Shown piece by piece: positions 62,168 through 64,000 of a DNA stretch of 64,000 nucleotides. Every line of letters starts with the position of its first letter. Position 1 is the stretch's first letter. The position numbers were made by a program, and so were the translations under genes. Source of the DNA: Eledone cirrhosa (lineage: Eukaryota). The notes beneath the pieces are model-generated. The model had not been told where the DNA came from, made no database searches, and worked only from the letters and a program-made list of their open reading frames with translations. The DNA lies in the NCBI GenBank assembly GCA_964016885.1, contig CAXHJY010000368.1:1-64000 (forward strand). Direction: 5' to 3'.

Positions 62168-62500
62168 TTACGAAAAAAAACAACAGAATTTGTTAAAATG
62201 GGCATTTGAAACTATCTCTACGATTAGAGTGTAGGAAACTATGTCTGGACTGTTGGATTCTCTAATATGCCCCAAGGATAAATTTTAATGGAAGGATAGA
62301 TTAAAATTTATGTTTAACAAATTATCTACAATTTCCTAGTGTTTATACTTCAGGCTTCTATTGAATAAGAAATAAACACTGGAACAGCACACACACGCAT
62401 ACACACATGCATACACCCCCCCCCCCCACACACACACACACACGTGTGTGTGTATATAAATATATGCATATATATATAAACACACACACATATGTGTATG

Positions 62501-62541
<41 letters not shown>

Positions 62542-62577
62542 ACACCCACACATACACTCACGCACAGACACGTAGAT

Positions 62578-62629
<52 letters not shown>

Positions 62630-62710
62630 GGAGAGACACACCGTGTAAGGAACCTTTGAGACATGACTCATCTATATGACAATATATACTTACAAATATG
62701 TATATATATA

Positions 62711-62754
<44 letters not shown>

Positions 62755-62896
62755 GATATATCTATATATATTTACCTATGTGCGTGTGTGTGTATGTATA
62801 TATATAGTGTGTATATATATATATATATTTATATATTTGTGTGTATATACGTATGTATATATATAATGTGTGTATATATATTGTGTGTATATATAT

Positions 62897-62927
<31 letters not shown>

Positions 62928-63148
62928 TTGTGTGTTTATATGTATTTATATGTATATATAGTATGTGTATATATATATACATATATACACACGTGTGTGA
63001 AGGTGTGTGTCTCTATGTATATATCATTATGTCTATTTAATTCTATACCAATGACAATAATTTAAGTGAGTAAATGACACTTTCTCAAATTTAGATCGAT
63101 CTCCCTGAAATTGATAGCAACACAATTACACCTCCCCTCCACACACAA

Positions 63149-63181
<33 letters not shown>

Positions 63182-63190
63182 AACACACGC

Positions 63191-63221
<31 letters not shown>

Positions 63222-63269
63222 CACAAATATGTACACAAATAGCTAGCAGCATGCATATAAGCATGAAAT

Positions 63270-63453
63270 AAGTGTTTCTACTTTTGGCACAAGGCCAGCA
63301 ATTAAATCAGTACATTACTGGTACTTTATTTTATCGACCCCCCGTAAGGATGAAAGGCAAAGTTGACCTCAGCGGGATTTGCACTCAAACCGTAAAGGGA
63401 CGTAACTATGCTGGAAAGCATGGCGTCCGACTCTCTATCAATCTGCCAATCCA
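63270..63453 (-). mobile_element. tRNA-derived SINE (family of 54285-54451)
   Basis: Near-colinear with 54270-54451. Confidence 0.85.
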
Positions 63454-63559
63454 TGCATATAAGCATGAGATAATGCCAAACTTTATATGTATTACCAATT
63501 GTATACATAAATATGAATATATACCAATTGTATATATATAAATATATATATATATATAT

Positions 63560-63645
63560 AAGGTAAATAGAAATAACAGAATCGGTACAGGAAGGTATAT
63601 AGCAGGCAGAGGGTCTTAACGTTTAGACCTTCATCAGCAGAAAGT
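63560..63645 (-). mobile_element. Family E element fragment, decayed hammerhead
   Basis: Minus strand CTGATGA-AGGTC-TAAACGTTAAGACCCTCTGCCTGCTATA..., homologous to 19846-19960 and 61025-61140. Confidence 0.65.
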
Positions 63646-63710
63646 ATCAGAAATAAAATAGATTAAGGGTACAGGCGGGTTGGAATCGGAAAAAAATGTC
63701 TTTAGGTAAA

Positions 63711-63761
<51 letters not shown>

Positions 63762-64000
63762 GTAAAAATAATATATATATATATGTATATGAGAGTATTG
63801 AAGTTTGCTTGAAGCATTGTGGAATAAAAAGGTAAATTTCTTTAAGTCGTTTAGAAGCCTCGACAATGCAGATGGGTAAATCTCCGGGTAACAAGATCCG
63901 GTGGTGGAGAGAGAGATGTAAGTGGGTGTACGTTGAGATGCGTGGCGTGTAGAAGAATGTAACGTGTAGAGGAATCAAGGAAAGAACGTAAACATAAATT

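Overview
Eukaryotic, extremely AT-rich DNA dominated by (TA)n/(CA)n-derived microsatellite and minisatellite tracts. The SINE families and repeat landscape resemble an octopod (cephalopod) genome, which is an inference. No host gene exon can be supported, and nearly all ORFs in the track are repeat artefacts. All credible coding sequence is retroelement-derived: an uninterrupted CR1-group LINE ORF2 (APE endonuclease + RT, minus strand, 55612-58701), two 5'-truncated Penelope-like elements with GIY-YIG endonucleases (4802-6135, Naiad-like, and 29465-31046), and RTE LINE fragments, one with a twin-priming-type inversion. The window also holds tRNA-derived SINEs, a Tc1/mariner-like MITE, a 5.2-kb 35/36-bp satellite with higher-order structure, a G-rich minisatellite and a CpG-rich ~97-bp repeat. 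The main hidden signal is non-coding: about 15 intact or decayed minimal type-I hammerhead ribozyme motifs (CUGAnGA-stem II-GAAA-palindromic stem III-UH). They lie in at least seven small non-autonomous element families (labelled A-G here) inserted in (TA)n, often as fold-back inverted repeats. One is a 347-bp tandem with two near-perfect hammerheads at 60.0-60.5 kb, the architecture of a retrozyme able to release a ~347-nt linear or circular RNA.
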